A DNA stretch of 64,000 nt from an uncultured Chloroflexia bacterium (GTDB lineage: Bacteria > Chloroflexota > Limnocylindria > Limnocylindrales > CSP1-4). A program made the position numbers and the translations under genes. The notes beneath the pieces are model-generated. The model was not told the origin of the DNA, made no database searches, and worked only from the letters and a program-made list of their open reading frames with translations. Below, piece after piece: positions 53,086 through 62,890 of this stretch. The DNA lies in the NCBI GenBank assembly GCA_963720755.1, contig CAVRGP010000006.1:1-64000 (forward strand), given 5' to 3'. Within the stretch, counting starts at the first letter, position 1, and the number at the start of each line of letters is the position of its first letter.

Positions 53086-53987
53086 GCCCGACTCCTCGCG
53101 GCTCGCAGGAAGGACGGAGCGTAATCGGCCATCGCCGCCCTCCAGGGTCGCATCTGCTCCCCCCAGGGGAGCGGGGTCGGGGCCAGGACCCCCCAGCGCG
53201 GCGGGCGCGACGGGCGCTGCCAGGTCGCCGACGGCACGTCCGTCGCGTCGATCTCGAGTCCCGCCCGAGCCAGGACGTCGCGGCCCCACTCCGCCCGCGT
53301 CGCGACCCCGCTGTTGACCAGGTGATGGATCCCGGCGACGGCATCCTCGGCCAGCAGGCCGACGATCGCCTCGGCGACATCGGCGACGTACGTCGGGGTT
53401 CCCCATTCATCGTCGACCAGCCGGAGCGCCTCCCCGGCCTGCCGCGCCCGGATCGCCGCCTCGAGGATCCGGGACGGGTAGTCGCTGCCGGGTCGCCCGA
53501 ACAGCCAGGCCGTCCGGGCGATGCCCAGCGCTGCACCGGGCCGGATCGAGAACGCCTCCTCGGCCAGCCGCTCGCCTTCCGCCTTCGAGCGCCCATACGG
53601 GTTCGCGGGCGATCGTGCGTCATCCCAGGCGTATGGCTGCCCGTCGATCCGGGCACCATCGAACACCTCGTTCGTCGAGACGGCGAGCAGGTCGATCCCG
53701 CGCTCGGCGCAGGCGGCCGCGAGGACCCCGGTCGCTTTCCCATTACGGCGAATCGCGAGGTCCGGATCGAGCGCGCACCCGTCGACGTCGGTCCAGGCCG
53801 CTGCGTGGACGACCACTTCCGGGCGCTCCCGGTCGAGGCTCTCGCCGACGCGATCCGGGGCGTCGAGGTCGAACGCGTCGCGGGTCCACCCGATCGGCCC
53901 GGCCGGACCCGTGAACGGCGCGTCCTCCAGGGCTTCGACGAGCGCCCGGCCGAGACGCCCTCCGGCTCCGGTGACGGCGACCCGCAC
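53082..53987 (-). CDS. rmlD: dTDP-4-dehydrorhamnose reductase
   Basis: VTGAGGRLG, AAWTDVDGC, STNEVFDG, YGRSKAEGE, GTPT. Confidence 0.92.
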   Translation of the reverse strand: MRVAVTGAGGRLGRALVEALEDAPFTGPAGPIGWTRDAFDLDAPDRVGESLDRERPEVVVHAAAWTDVDGCALDPDLAIRRNGKATGVLAAACAERGIDLLAVSTNEVFDGARIDGQPYAWDDARSPANPYGRSKAEGERLAEEAFSIRPGAALGIARTAWLFGRPGSDYPSRILEAAIRARQAGEALRLVDDEWGTPTYVADVAEAIVGLLAEDAVAGIHHLVNSGVATRAEWGRDVLARAGLEIDATDVPSATWQRPSRPPRWGVLAPTPLPWGEQMRPWRAAMADYAPSFLRAARSRA

Positions 53988-53995
53988 TGGTCCGC

Positions 53996-55102
53996 CTACC
54001 CGATCCGACCGGACGGTTCCGGCGCATCGGGCGCCGTCGCCTGACCAGTGGCGAGGCGCTGGCCGTACTGGCGCGAATACCAATCGTCCCAGTCGCCCGA
54101 CCGGGCGGCGCGCCACCAGGCTTCGTTCTCCCGATACCAGTCCACCGTGGCCGTCAGGCCGTCGTCGAACGATGTCGTCGGACGCCAGCCGAGTGCTTCG
54201 AGCTTCCGGCCGTCCATCGCATAGCGCCGGTCATGCCCGGGCCGGTCATCGACCTGCCGGACCAGCGACCACGGCTTGTGGAGCCTGGCCAGCAACAGCG
54301 TGACCACGTCCCGATTCGTCCGCTCCGATGCGCCGGCCACGTTGTACGTCTCGCCGCCCAGGCCCCGTCGCAGGACCAGATCGATCGCGGCGGCATGGTC
54401 GGAAACGTATAGCCACTCGCGCCGCTGGAGACCGTCGCCGTAGAGCGGCAGTGGCCGATCGTCGATCGCGTTGGTGATGAACAGCGGGATGAGCTTCTCC
54501 GGATGATGGTACGGCCCGTAGGTGTTCGAGCCTCGGGTGACGACGGCATCGACACCGTGGGTGATCACGTAGCTCCGGACGAGCAACTCACCGGCCGCCT
54601 TGGCCGCGGCATAGGGCGACCGAGGTGCAAGCGGCGCCTGTTCATCGGCCCGTCCCTCGTCGACCGAGCCGTACACCTCGTCCGTCGAGACTTGCAGGAA
54701 CCGGGGGTGGGCTGGTGCGGTGCGGCATGCCTCGAGCAGGACGTGGACACCGATGACGCCCGTCGTCAGGAAGGCCGCCGGGTCGAGGATCGACCGATCC
54801 ACGTGCAATTCCGCGGCGAAGTTGAGGACGGCGTCCACACCCTGGACGAGTGGGTCGACGACGGTCGGATCGGCGATATCGCCGCGGACGAACGTCAGCC
54901 GGGCCGCCATCTCCGGGTCGTCCCGGACGGGCGCGAGGTTGGCCTCGTTGCCGGCGTAGGTCAGCTTGTCGAGGACGGTGATCCGAGTGCCATCGCGACG
55001 GCCCAGGACGTCGCGGACATAGGCGGATCCGATGAACCCGGCGCCACCGGTGACGAGGAGGCGGTCGAGCCGCTGGGGGGCGGCAGCCACAGGATCAGCC
55101 AC
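53996..55102 (-). CDS. rmlB: dTDP-glucose 4,6-dehydratase
   Basis: TGGAGFIGS, DKLTYAG, HVDRSI, STDEVYG, PEKLIP, DRPGHDRRY. Confidence 0.95.
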   Translation of the reverse strand: MADPVAAAPQRLDRLLVTGGAGFIGSAYVRDVLGRRDGTRITVLDKLTYAGNEANLAPVRDDPEMAARLTFVRGDIADPTVVDPLVQGVDAVLNFAAELHVDRSILDPAAFLTTGVIGVHVLLEACRTAPAHPRFLQVSTDEVYGSVDEGRADEQAPLAPRSPYAAAKAAGELLVRSYVITHGVDAVVTRGSNTYGPYHHPEKLIPLFITNAIDDRPLPLYGDGLQRREWLYVSDHAAAIDLVLRRGLGGETYNVAGASERTNRDVVTLLLARLHKPWSLVRQVDDRPGHDRRYAMDGRKLEALGWRPTTSFDDGLTATVDWYRENEAWWRAARSGDWDDWYSRQYGQRLATGQATAPDAPEPSGRIG

Positions 55103-55856
55103 GGGAGCGATTGACCGGTGGGTCGAGGGTGCCCGCGGCGTCGTCGGCAGCCGCCAGCTCCGCGGCTCGAAGCAGCGACGGCACCGTCCCGGCATCGGTC
55201 CAATGGCCGTCATAGATCGGGCTGAACAGCCGGCCATCCGGGATGTAGTGGTTGAGCACGTCGGTGATCTCGAATTCACCCCGGCCCGATGGCAGCAGCT
55301 CGCCGATGACGTCGAAGGCGTCCGGGCGCAGGAAGTAGACCCCGATCGGGATGAGATCGCTCTTGGGATGCGCGGGCTTCTCCTCGAACCCGATCACCCG
55401 CCCATCGGCGTCGAGCTCGGCAACCCCGAACCGCTCCGGATCCGGGACTCGATGGAGGAGCGTGCCGGCTCCGTACGGACCTCGCTCGAACTCGGCGGCG
55501 ACGGAGGCCAGGTCCGGCCCACGCAGGATGTTGTCGCCGAGCACGCAGCAGAACGCATCGTCGCCGACGAAGGCGCGCGCCAGTCCGATCGCATGGGCGA
55601 TCCCGAGCGCACCCGGCTGATATCGATAGGTCAGTTCGATCCCGAAGGCCGATCCGTCACCGAGCAACTCGACCACGTCGCCGACGCTCTTGCCGCCGAC
55701 GATGACCATGACCTCGCGGATCCCCATCCCTGCCAACGTCTCGATCGGGTAGTAGATCATCGGCCGGTCATAGATCGGCAGCAGGTGCTTGTTGGTGACG
55801 ATCGTGAGGGGGTAGAGGCGGGTCGCGGTCCCGCCGGCTAGAACGATGCCTTTCAT
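55095..55856 (-). CDS. rmlA: Glucose-1-phosphate thymidylyltransferase
   Basis: MKGIVLAGGTATRLYPLT, NKHLLPIYD, LGDN, EEKP, SGRGEFEITD, WTDAGT. Confidence 0.93.
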   Translation of the reverse strand: MKGIVLAGGTATRLYPLTIVTNKHLLPIYDRPMIYYPIETLAGMGIREVMVIVGGKSVGDVVELLGDGSAFGIELTYRYQPGALGIAHAIGLARAFVGDDAFCCVLGDNILRGPDLASVAAEFERGPYGAGTLLHRVPDPERFGVAELDADGRVIGFEEKPAHPKSDLIPIGVYFLRPDAFDVIGELLPSGRGEFEITDVLNHYIPDGRLFSPIYDGHWTDAGTVPSLLRAAELAAADDAAGTLDPPVNRSRG

Positions 55857-55911
55857 CAGGCGGAAGCGTACCAGTCGAGGTCGGGGGCGATCCTCCCGGT
55901 CAACGGTGGGC

Positions 55912-56868
55912 TCAGGGAGCAGCGCTGGCGCCGGGGGACGCGGGAACCAGACACGGTTGCTCGCCCTGGGGCAGGACCCCACCGGACCCGCAATCGACCG
56001 GTTGGTCCTCGATCGGGGGCAGACCGCCGACGTAGTCGGTGATCACCAGCACATACTCGAGGTTGTCGAGATCGGCAGCCGGTTGCAGGTAGGCGGTCTG
56101 GACGACATCGTTGGCGTCACTCCGAACATCCACGACCTGCCCGATCAGGAGACCCTTCGGGTACGGCGATCGGAGCCCACCGCCAAGTTCGATCCCGGCA
56201 GTCACGACCTCATCCCCGAGCGTGACGGTCTGGCCCGCATCGATCTGGCGCATCAGGAGGACCCCGCCCAGTTCTCCGACGACCTCCCCGGTCGCGGCAT
56301 TCGCGACCAGCTGGCCGACCACCGTCGATTCGCTGTCGGTCAGGAGGACGACCTTGGCGCTGTCGGGCCCGACTTCGACGACGCGACCGGCCAGCGCACC
56401 CCCGGATGTGATCGTCACGTCCCCGACCGCGACCCCGTCATTGGTCCCGCGATCCAGGACGACCAGTCGCCGGAATTCGGACGACTCCCGGGCGATGACT
56501 GTCGCCGTCGCGGTCTGGAAGTCCAGCCCGGCCCGGAGCTGCAGGAGTGCGGTGAGCGATTCGTTCTCGCGACGGATCTCCTTGGCCTGCGCGTTCTCGG
56601 ACTTGAGCCGTTCGTTCTCGGCCCGCAACGCGTTGTTGTCGGTCCGAAGGCGATCGATCTCCGTGATCGCGGCCGCGATCGACGAGACGCCCCGGGCGAC
56701 ATCTTCGAGCGAGGACTGGATCGGCCTGAATGCGAAGCTCATGCCGTTCTGCATCTCGCGGACCGCTGGGTTCGACGAGAACGCCATCAGCATGGCGCTG
56801 ACCACGAGGAGGATGGTGAATGCCAGCCACCGCCGGCGGGCGGCCCGAGTGGCGAGAAGAGGATCCAT
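55912..56868 (-). CDS. mreC: Rod shape-determining protein MreC
   Basis: TM plus coiled coil (LRAENERLK), LDRG..DGV, GDEVVTAG, YPKGLLIG; downstream of mreB. Confidence 0.93.
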   Translation of the reverse strand: MDPLLATRAARRRWLAFTILLVVSAMLMAFSSNPAVREMQNGMSFAFRPIQSSLEDVARGVSSIAAAITEIDRLRTDNNALRAENERLKSENAQAKEIRRENESLTALLQLRAGLDFQTATATVIARESSEFRRLVVLDRGTNDGVAVGDVTITSGGALAGRVVEVGPDSAKVVLLTDSESTVVGQLVANAATGEVVGELGGVLLMRQIDAGQTVTLGDEVVTAGIELGGGLRSPYPKGLLIGQVVDVRSDANDVVQTAYLQPAADLDNLEYVLVITDYVGGLPPIEDQPVDCGSGGVLPQGEQPCLVPASPGASAAP

Positions 56869-56888
56869 GCTCGTCCGGCCCGGTTCGC

Positions 56889-57941
56889 TCAGCGCGGCGG
56901 GCGGGAATACGTCTCGGAAACGAGGACGCGGCCCATCCGGTCGAGGTCCTGGAGGACGACGCCCGTCCCCCGGGCGACGCAGGTCAACGGGTCGTCCGCG
57001 ATGTGGACGGGCATCTGGGTCGCCTCGGCCACGCGGCGATCCAGCCCGGCCAGCAACGCGCCGCCGCCGGCCAGCACGATGCCCTGATCCATGATGTCGG
57101 CCACCAGCTCGGGCGGGGTCTCCTCGATCGTGTCCTTGACCGTATCGACGATCTGCTGGACCGAGGGCTCGATGGCTTCGCGGATCTGGTCGGCGCCGAC
57201 CTCCACCGAGCGCGGCAGACCGGTCAACAGGTCTCGGCCACGCAGGGCGACTCGCTGCGCATCCCATTCGCCGGGGTAGGCGGAGCCGATGGCGATCTTG
57301 ATGTCCTCCGCCGTCCGCTCACCCAGGAAGAGGTTGTACTCGCGCCGGGCGAAGGTGACGATGTCCTGGTCCATCTCATCGCCGCCGATCCGGATGCTCC
57401 GACTGACGACGATACCGCCAAGGCTGATGACGGCGACCTCGGTCGTCCCACCGCCGATATCCACGATCAGCGATCCCGACGGTTCGCTGACCGGGAGGCC
57501 GGCACCGATCGCGGCCGCCATCGGCTCCTCGATGAGGCCGGCCCAGCGGGCCCCGGCATTGAGCGCGGCGTCGCGAACGGCGCGCTTCTCGACCTCGGTC
57601 ACGCCGGACGGGATCCCGAGCAGCATCCGGGGCCGGGCGATCGTGCCCACTCGGTCGTGGACCTTGTCGACGAAGTACTTGATCATCTGCTCGGTCACGT
57701 CGAAGTCGCTGATGACGCCGTCGCGCAATGGACGGACCGCGATGATGTTGGCGGGAGTCCGACCGACCATCCGCTTCGCCTCAGCCCCGACGGCCAGGAC
57801 CCGCTTCGTCTTGGCATCGATCGCCACGACCGAAGGCTCACTCATGACGATGCCGCGGTCGCGGACGTGGACGAGGGTATTGGCGGTGCCAAGGTCGATG
57901 CCGATGTCGCGGGAGAAGAGGCCGAGGATCCGGTCGAGCAT
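56889..57941 (-). CDS. mreB: Rod shape-determining protein MreB
   Basis: DIGIDLGTANT, EPSVVA, DGVISDF, EEPMAAAIGAG, DIGGGTTEVA. Confidence 0.97.
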   Translation of the reverse strand: MLDRILGLFSRDIGIDLGTANTLVHVRDRGIVMSEPSVVAIDAKTKRVLAVGAEAKRMVGRTPANIIAVRPLRDGVISDFDVTEQMIKYFVDKVHDRVGTIARPRMLLGIPSGVTEVEKRAVRDAALNAGARWAGLIEEPMAAAIGAGLPVSEPSGSLIVDIGGGTTEVAVISLGGIVVSRSIRIGGDEMDQDIVTFARREYNLFLGERTAEDIKIAIGSAYPGEWDAQRVALRGRDLLTGLPRSVEVGADQIREAIEPSVQQIVDTVKDTIEETPPELVADIMDQGIVLAGGGALLAGLDRRVAEATQMPVHIADDPLTCVARGTGVVLQDLDRMGRVLVSETYSRPPR

Positions 57942-58139
57942 GAGAGGGGCGGGTCCTTCGTCGTCGGGTGGAGGGTGACTTCATCGCTGGCGCTGGCGAC
58001 CGACGCGGGCGACGCCGATGTCAGGGCGGTTCGCGCGGATCCAGGCGGGCTCGGGCGGGCAGCCGGGGCAGTATACCCGGTCGCCCCGGTTCGGCCGGGC
58101 GGGTCGATCGACAGGTCGATTGACTCCGCGGACGGCCGC

Positions 58140-58919
58140 TCAGGTCCGTCGGTCGGCGGCCCGATCCGGCGGACCCGGCCGGTCGAAGGCGACACCACGG
58201 TCGCGCAGCGAGACGTAGGCATCGTGCCCGATGACGAGGTGGTCCAACACCTGGATGTCGAGGAGCCGGCCCGCCGCGAGCGCCTCGGCCGTGAGGTGCA
58301 GGTCATCCGGTGAAGGGGTGGGGTCACCGGAGGGATGGTTGTGGACGAGGATCAGGCCGGCGGCATTCGATCGGACGGCATCGCGGAACAACTCCCCCAC
58401 CCTGACCAGGGCAGCCGATACGTTGCCCTGGTAGACAGTCACCACTTTGAGGACGGTGTTCTTGGTCGTGAGCAGGACCACCCGCAGTTCCTCCCGCTCG
58501 AGGCGACCCATCTGGAGGATCAGCCGGTCAGCGACATCGTGCGGGCCCCGGATGGTCCACCGCCCGGTCGGCCAATCGGCCAGAAGCCGCCGACCAAGCT
58601 CGAATGAAGCCGTCAGCTGTGCCGCCTTGGCGGTCCCGACGCCGGGCAGGTCGACAAGTTCCAGGTCGCTGGCTCGTGCCAGCCCGGCCAGGCCATCGTG
58701 GCGAGTCAAGGCCTCCTCCGCCAGGTCCACGGCCCCGGTTCCTCGCGCGCCCGAGCCCCAGACCAGTGCGATCAGCTCCGCCGTGGTCAGTCCAGCGGCG
58801 CCGCGAGCGGCGAGTCGCTCGCGTGGACGCTCCTCGGCTGGGATCTCCCGGATGACCCGAGGTCCACGGCGCAGGGCGGTCTTCACCCTGCGTTCGATCT
58901 CGGCCATCGGTGCCTCCAC
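58140..58919 (-). CDS. radC: RadC family JAB-domain protein
   Basis: ERPRERL, HNHPSGDPTPS.DD, LDHLVIG. Confidence 0.95.
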   Translation of the reverse strand: MEAPMAEIERRVKTALRRGPRVIREIPAEERPRERLAARGAAGLTTAELIALVWGSGARGTGAVDLAEEALTRHDGLAGLARASDLELVDLPGVGTAKAAQLTASFELGRRLLADWPTGRWTIRGPHDVADRLILQMGRLEREELRVVLLTTKNTVLKVVTVYQGNVSAALVRVGELFRDAVRSNAAGLILVHNHPSGDPTPSPDDLHLTAEALAAGRLLDIQVLDHLVIGHDAYVSLRDRGVAFDRPGPPDRAADRRT

Positions 58920-59052
58920 AGCGCTGCTAGGCGTCCCCGGGCCTGAACGACGGAAGCCCGCCGATTCCCCCCGCCGTCCAGACCTCGAGGACGCTGCGGA
59001 GCCTACCGACGGGCACTCACCGGCGACTCACCGCCCGGTGCACCAAGGCTCA

Positions 59053-60084
59053 TCATCCGGTCAGCGAGCGCGTCGCGACCTCGGCGATGACCAACAAGAC
59101 CCCGTTGAACGTGGCGTGCAGCCCGAAGGACGCCCAGATCGAACCCCGGCGCACGAAGATCCAACCCAGGGCGAGGGCGACCGGCAGGCGGCTGACGAAC
59201 GCCACGAGGGCCTGACCGGATGCCTCGCCGGCCGACGACCCGGACACCGTCAGCACGTGGGCGAATGCGAAGACGACGGCGCCGACGATGATCCCGCTGC
59301 GCACGCCGCGCCCACGGACCCAGGCGGTCGTCGCAAAGCCACGGAACAGGAGTTCTTCGCCCAGAGGCGCGAGGATCACCCCGGCGGCAAGCGACAGGGC
59401 GAACCCTCCGGCGGTGCCCGTCGGTGGCAGTGGACTGACGGGCTCGACCGGGACCGCGTACAGAAGGAGCGAGGCGAGCAGCCCGGTGACGACGACCACC
59501 GGGAGCGCCCAGGCCGCACCCGCGAGCATCTCTGCCACGGCCTTGCCGTCAAGGCGAGACCAACCCATCGACCGCCAGTCGAGGGCACCCGCATCGACGA
59601 CGAGCAGGCGCACGAGTCCGAAGTAGACGATCGCCTGGATCCCGACGGACAGCACGGCCCCGAACGGGCCGTCGAGCGGGATACCGAGCAGGAGGAACGG
59701 CAGGCTGACCACGACGACGACCAGGACGGCCACCGGGACCGACGCCGCCAGGACGAGGAACGGCGAGGGCCCCGCGTAGGCAAGGCCGCCGCGAGCCCTT
59801 CGCTCGATGGCCTGGGAGCCTGCCCCGGCGATGAGGCCCACAGCCAGGAGGAGGACCCCTATCAGGAGCAGGATCGTCCCGGCACCGGGCTTCCCGGCCA
59901 GGACGGCGATCAGGATCAGTCCGAGACCGACCAGCGTCGCGAGCCAGCCGACCACGAACAAGCCAGGCGCCGAACGGCCTTCGATCGTGAACGTGGCCGC
60001 GCCGGGCCGTGCGGCCGACGGGGGATCGTGGTCTGCCGGACCCGGATCCCCGTCAGGGTCGGAGGGAAGGTCCGGCCGGTTCAA
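59053..60084 (-). CDS. CPBP family intramembrane metalloprotease
   Basis: APLGEELLFRG, FAFAH, HATFN; TTG start overlapping the upstream stop. Confidence 0.9.
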   Translation of the reverse strand: MNRPDLPSDPDGDPGPADHDPPSAARPGAATFTIEGRSAPGLFVVGWLATLVGLGLILIAVLAGKPGAGTILLLIGVLLLAVGLIAGAGSQAIERRARGGLAYAGPSPFLVLAASVPVAVLVVVVVSLPFLLLGIPLDGPFGAVLSVGIQAIVYFGLVRLLVVDAGALDWRSMGWSRLDGKAVAEMLAGAAWALPVVVVTGLLASLLLYAVPVEPVSPLPPTGTAGGFALSLAAGVILAPLGEELLFRGFATTAWVRGRGVRSGIIVGAVVFAFAHVLTVSGSSAGEASGQALVAFVSRLPVALALGWIFVRRGSIWASFGLHATFNGVLLVIAEVATRSLTG

Positions 60085-60752
60085 CGCTCGGGCAGCGGAT
60101 CCTGCGAGGACGCCGGGCCGGACGCAGCGCCGGGCCGGGTCTGGTTGCGCGCGGGTCGGCGGACCTTTGGCTTGGGTCCGGCGATCGCGGTCGGCATCGG
60201 CTCCTGGGCGAAGGCGATCCGGCCCGTCTCCTCGAGGCTCGGCGGCAACGCCTCGATGGCGGCCGGCGCTTCGCGTCGCTCGAAGTCCTTCCCGCACCAG
60301 GCGCACAGCGACCAGTCCATGCCGACCAGCCGGCTGCAGTTCGGGCAGACGCGCTTCAGCCGGGTCCGACAGCCGGGGCAGATGATCCATTCATCGTCGA
60401 TGCGCCGATCGCACCCTGGGCAGTGATGGATCGATTCGACCTCGGCGAGCAGCGCCTCTTCCGCCAGGTTGCGCTCCCAGACCTCACCGATCTTCTCGTG
60501 CGGCCGCACGATCTTGTAGATCCATACGGCGAAGATGAAGAAGATGGGTGTGAACAGGATGATCCCGGCAGCGGCGATGTACGGCAGGATCGCGTTGTCC
60601 GATCGCTGCTGCATGTCGCGGAACGCCCAGTACGCGGCGGCCAGCCAGATGACGACGAGGTAGATCCCGATCGCCCGCAGGCCGAACTGGACGGGTGCAC
60701 TCTGGAAGAAGCCACTGAGCGAGTCGCCGATCTGGGGGAGGATCTGATCCAT
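60081..60752 (-). CDS. Membrane protein with double zinc ribbon
   Basis: Two TM helices; CPGC, CPGC, CPNC, CAWC. Confidence 0.88.
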   Translation of the reverse strand: MDQILPQIGDSLSGFFQSAPVQFGLRAIGIYLVVIWLAAAYWAFRDMQQRSDNAILPYIAAAGIILFTPIFFIFAVWIYKIVRPHEKIGEVWERNLAEEALLAEVESIHHCPGCDRRIDDEWIICPGCRTRLKRVCPNCSRLVGMDWSLCAWCGKDFERREAPAAIEALPPSLEETGRIAFAQEPMPTAIAGPKPKVRRPARNQTRPGAASGPASSQDPLPER

Positions 60753-60869
60753 GCGTCTGGGGGTCGCCTCCGTGGGCCTCTACCTGACCGAACCCGACTC
60801 GGGCCGGGCCCGATTCGCTCGGGGCAGTGTAGCAGGGGCCGCTCAGGTGCCCCTGCGGGTCCTGCAGCC

Positions 60870-61871
60870 TCAGACGGAAGGTTCAGCCTCGACGTGACGG
60901 GATGACCACGTGGCCAGGACGCCCCCGACGATCAGCGCGAGGCCACCCAGGACGACGACGCGGATGCCGAGGTCGGCACCGAGGGGCCCCACCAGGTACG
61001 GCCAACTCAGACCGATGAGCAGGGAGCCAAGGGTCAGGCCGGCGACGCCGGCGGAGATCCAGGCCGGCACGGGCGTCCGCACGATCGCGAGCGCGAGGAC
61101 GCCGAGGATGGCCAGGAAGACGAGGAGGTGGGTCGGGCTGGCGAGTCCCCATGTGCTGAGATAGCCACCAAAGGCGCCAGCCCCGATGACGACTCGCGAC
61201 CACGGCAGCAGGAATCCGAGCGTCGACATGGCCGCTCCGACGAGCACGAACCAGCCGGCGATCTCGAGGATCCGGGCCGGTTCGAGCGGCGTGGAGGACG
61301 GCCCCGTTCGGCCAGTCGCATCCGCCGCGGCCGGTTTCGCTTCGGGATCCGCGGACGGCAGCGCCGCAGATGGCCACAGTGGCGCCTCGGTCGCCACTGC
61401 ACCCGGTGTGACCGCCGCCGTCGCGAGCGTCGGTCGGCGATAGAGACTTGCGGCTCGCGGGCTGAGGGTCGGTCCCGGCGGCCGGGCCGCCGGCGTCACG
61501 GATTCGGACGGTTCCGCGGCGAGCACGGATGGCGGTTCCGGGGCGAGCACCGATGGCGGTTCAGGGGCGAGCATCGATGGCTCGTCCACGGCGTCGGCGC
61601 TCTGGCCGCCGGGCGGGCCGTCGGTCGTGTCTGCCGTCTCGGCCCTCATGTCGTCGTCGAGGACTGGCTGCGCTGCGAGGACCGGTTGCGCGGCGAGGCT
61701 GTCCGCGTGTCCGTTCGGCGACGGTGCGACCGAGGGCGACGCCGGCGTGACGACCGGGCGCGTCCGCTGGCCGGCGACCGACGCAAGGAGCGAGCCGCAA
61801 TCTGGGCAGGACAGACGGCCGTAGGCGACCGACACCCCACACTCGGTGCACTCGATGGTCTTCGTCGTCAT
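60870..61871 (-). CDS. Hypothetical protein (N-terminal zinc ribbon, Pro-rich linker, C-terminal TM domain)
   Basis: CTEC...CPDC; about four hydrophobic helices at the C-terminus. Confidence 0.7.
   Translation of the reverse strand: MTTKTIECTECGVSVAYGRLSCPDCGSLLASVAGQRTRPVVTPASPSVAPSPNGHADSLAAQPVLAAQPVLDDDMRAETADTTDGPPGGQSADAVDEPSMLAPEPPSVLAPEPPSVLAAEPSESVTPAARPPGPTLSPRAASLYRRPTLATAAVTPGAVATEAPLWPSAALPSADPEAKPAAADATGRTGPSSTPLEPARILEIAGWFVLVGAAMSTLGFLLPWSRVVIGAGAFGGYLSTWGLASPTHLLVFLAILGVLALAIVRTPVPAWISAGVAGLTLGSLLIGLSWPYLVGPLGADLGIRVVVLGGLALIVGGVLATWSSRHVEAEPSV
61510..61581. repeat. Three tandem 24-bp coding repeats (PSVLAPEP-like)
   Basis: GGTTC(C/A)G(C/G)GGCGAGCA..GATGGC units at 61510, 61534 and 61558. 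Confidence 0.85.
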
Positions 61872-61909
61872 GTTCCACCTCGCCGGGCCTGACCCGTACG
61901 GGCCGGCGA

Positions 61910-62890
61910 TCACACGGTCGCAGATGGATGGCCGGGGCGCCAGTCACCCGGTCGGCTGTGGACCGACCCCCCGAACGTCCTCTCCCCCACGACGTCGGCC
62001 ACCGTCCACACGGCCGACCGCCAGGCACACACGACCGCGGTGAGGAGGAGGCCGACGGCCCACAGGGCGACGAACGTCAGGATCCTCACCAGGATCTCGA
62101 TCGGATCGATCGGATCGGCGAGCGAGCCCGCCAGGGCGCGCCAGCCCGTGCTCGCGGCCATCGTCGAGGGCACCAGCACGAGGAGCAGGACGATGGTCGG
62201 GATCCAGAAGCGAGCGAGTGATGCGAGCGGATGTCGCAAACCTCCGGTCACGCCCGCGGTCGATGCCCTGGCCACGCCGGCTCCGGCAAGCACGACCCGG
62301 CGCGCACCGATCGCGCCGACGATCTGGCCGGCCATCCACGCCAGCCCGATCAGCAGCATCACCTCGGGTGACCCGGCCAGGACCCGGACGACGATCGACG
62401 TGCCGACATCCGACGGGCTGGTGAGTTCGGCGTAGGTACGGGCGATCAGGCGGATCGAACCCCACCCCAGGACAATGACCAAGGGGATGTTCGCGATGAG
62501 TCGCGCCGCCATCACCCGCCCGGCCAGTCGGACGGTCATCGGGTCGGTCGGTCCCGCGCCGGCGACCTCGACGTCGGCGGCCACGACCCGCACCGCTTCA
62601 CCCTCGAACGCGGCGGCGATCCACGCGGCCAGCCCCACGATGGCCACGAAACCGACCGCGATCCCTGCCGCAGCCAGGATCGCGCCGGTGGGGAGGGCGC
62701 CGAAGGCGATCTCCGTCAGGGCCGGACCCAGGACGTCACCCAGCCCAGCCGGCGTCGGGAGGACGACGATCGGGATGAGGAACACGAGGACGCCTCCCCG
62801 CAGCAGGAAAGTGGCCAGCGCCAGCGGCCAGATGACCGGCCTCGCGATGGTCACGAGCAGGGCCCCAACGAGCACTGCCCCACGACTCAT
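61910..62890 (-). CDS. Hypothetical integral membrane protein
   Basis: 326 aa, multiple hydrophobic segments, ATGA overlap with the upstream gene. Confidence 0.7.
   Translation of the reverse strand: MSRGAVLVGALLVTIARPVIWPLALATFLLRGGVLVFLIPIVVLPTPAGLGDVLGPALTEIAFGALPTGAILAAAGIAVGFVAIVGLAAWIAAAFEGEAVRVVAADVEVAGAGPTDPMTVRLAGRVMAARLIANIPLVIVLGWGSIRLIARTYAELTSPSDVGTSIVVRVLAGSPEVMLLIGLAWMAGQIVGAIGARRVVLAGAGVARASTAGVTGGLRHPLASLARFWIPTIVLLLVLVPSTMAASTGWRALAGSLADPIDPIEILVRILTFVALWAVGLLLTAVVCAWRSAVWTVADVVGERTFGGSVHSRPGDWRPGHPSATV

Noticed and set aside
58140-58919. radC as a mobile-element marker
   Set aside because: Full-length form in the standard chromosomal radC-mreB-mreC context.
61510-61581. 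24-bp tandem repeat as a special system
   Set aside because: In-frame expansion in a Pro-rich linker; ordinary low-complexity variation.
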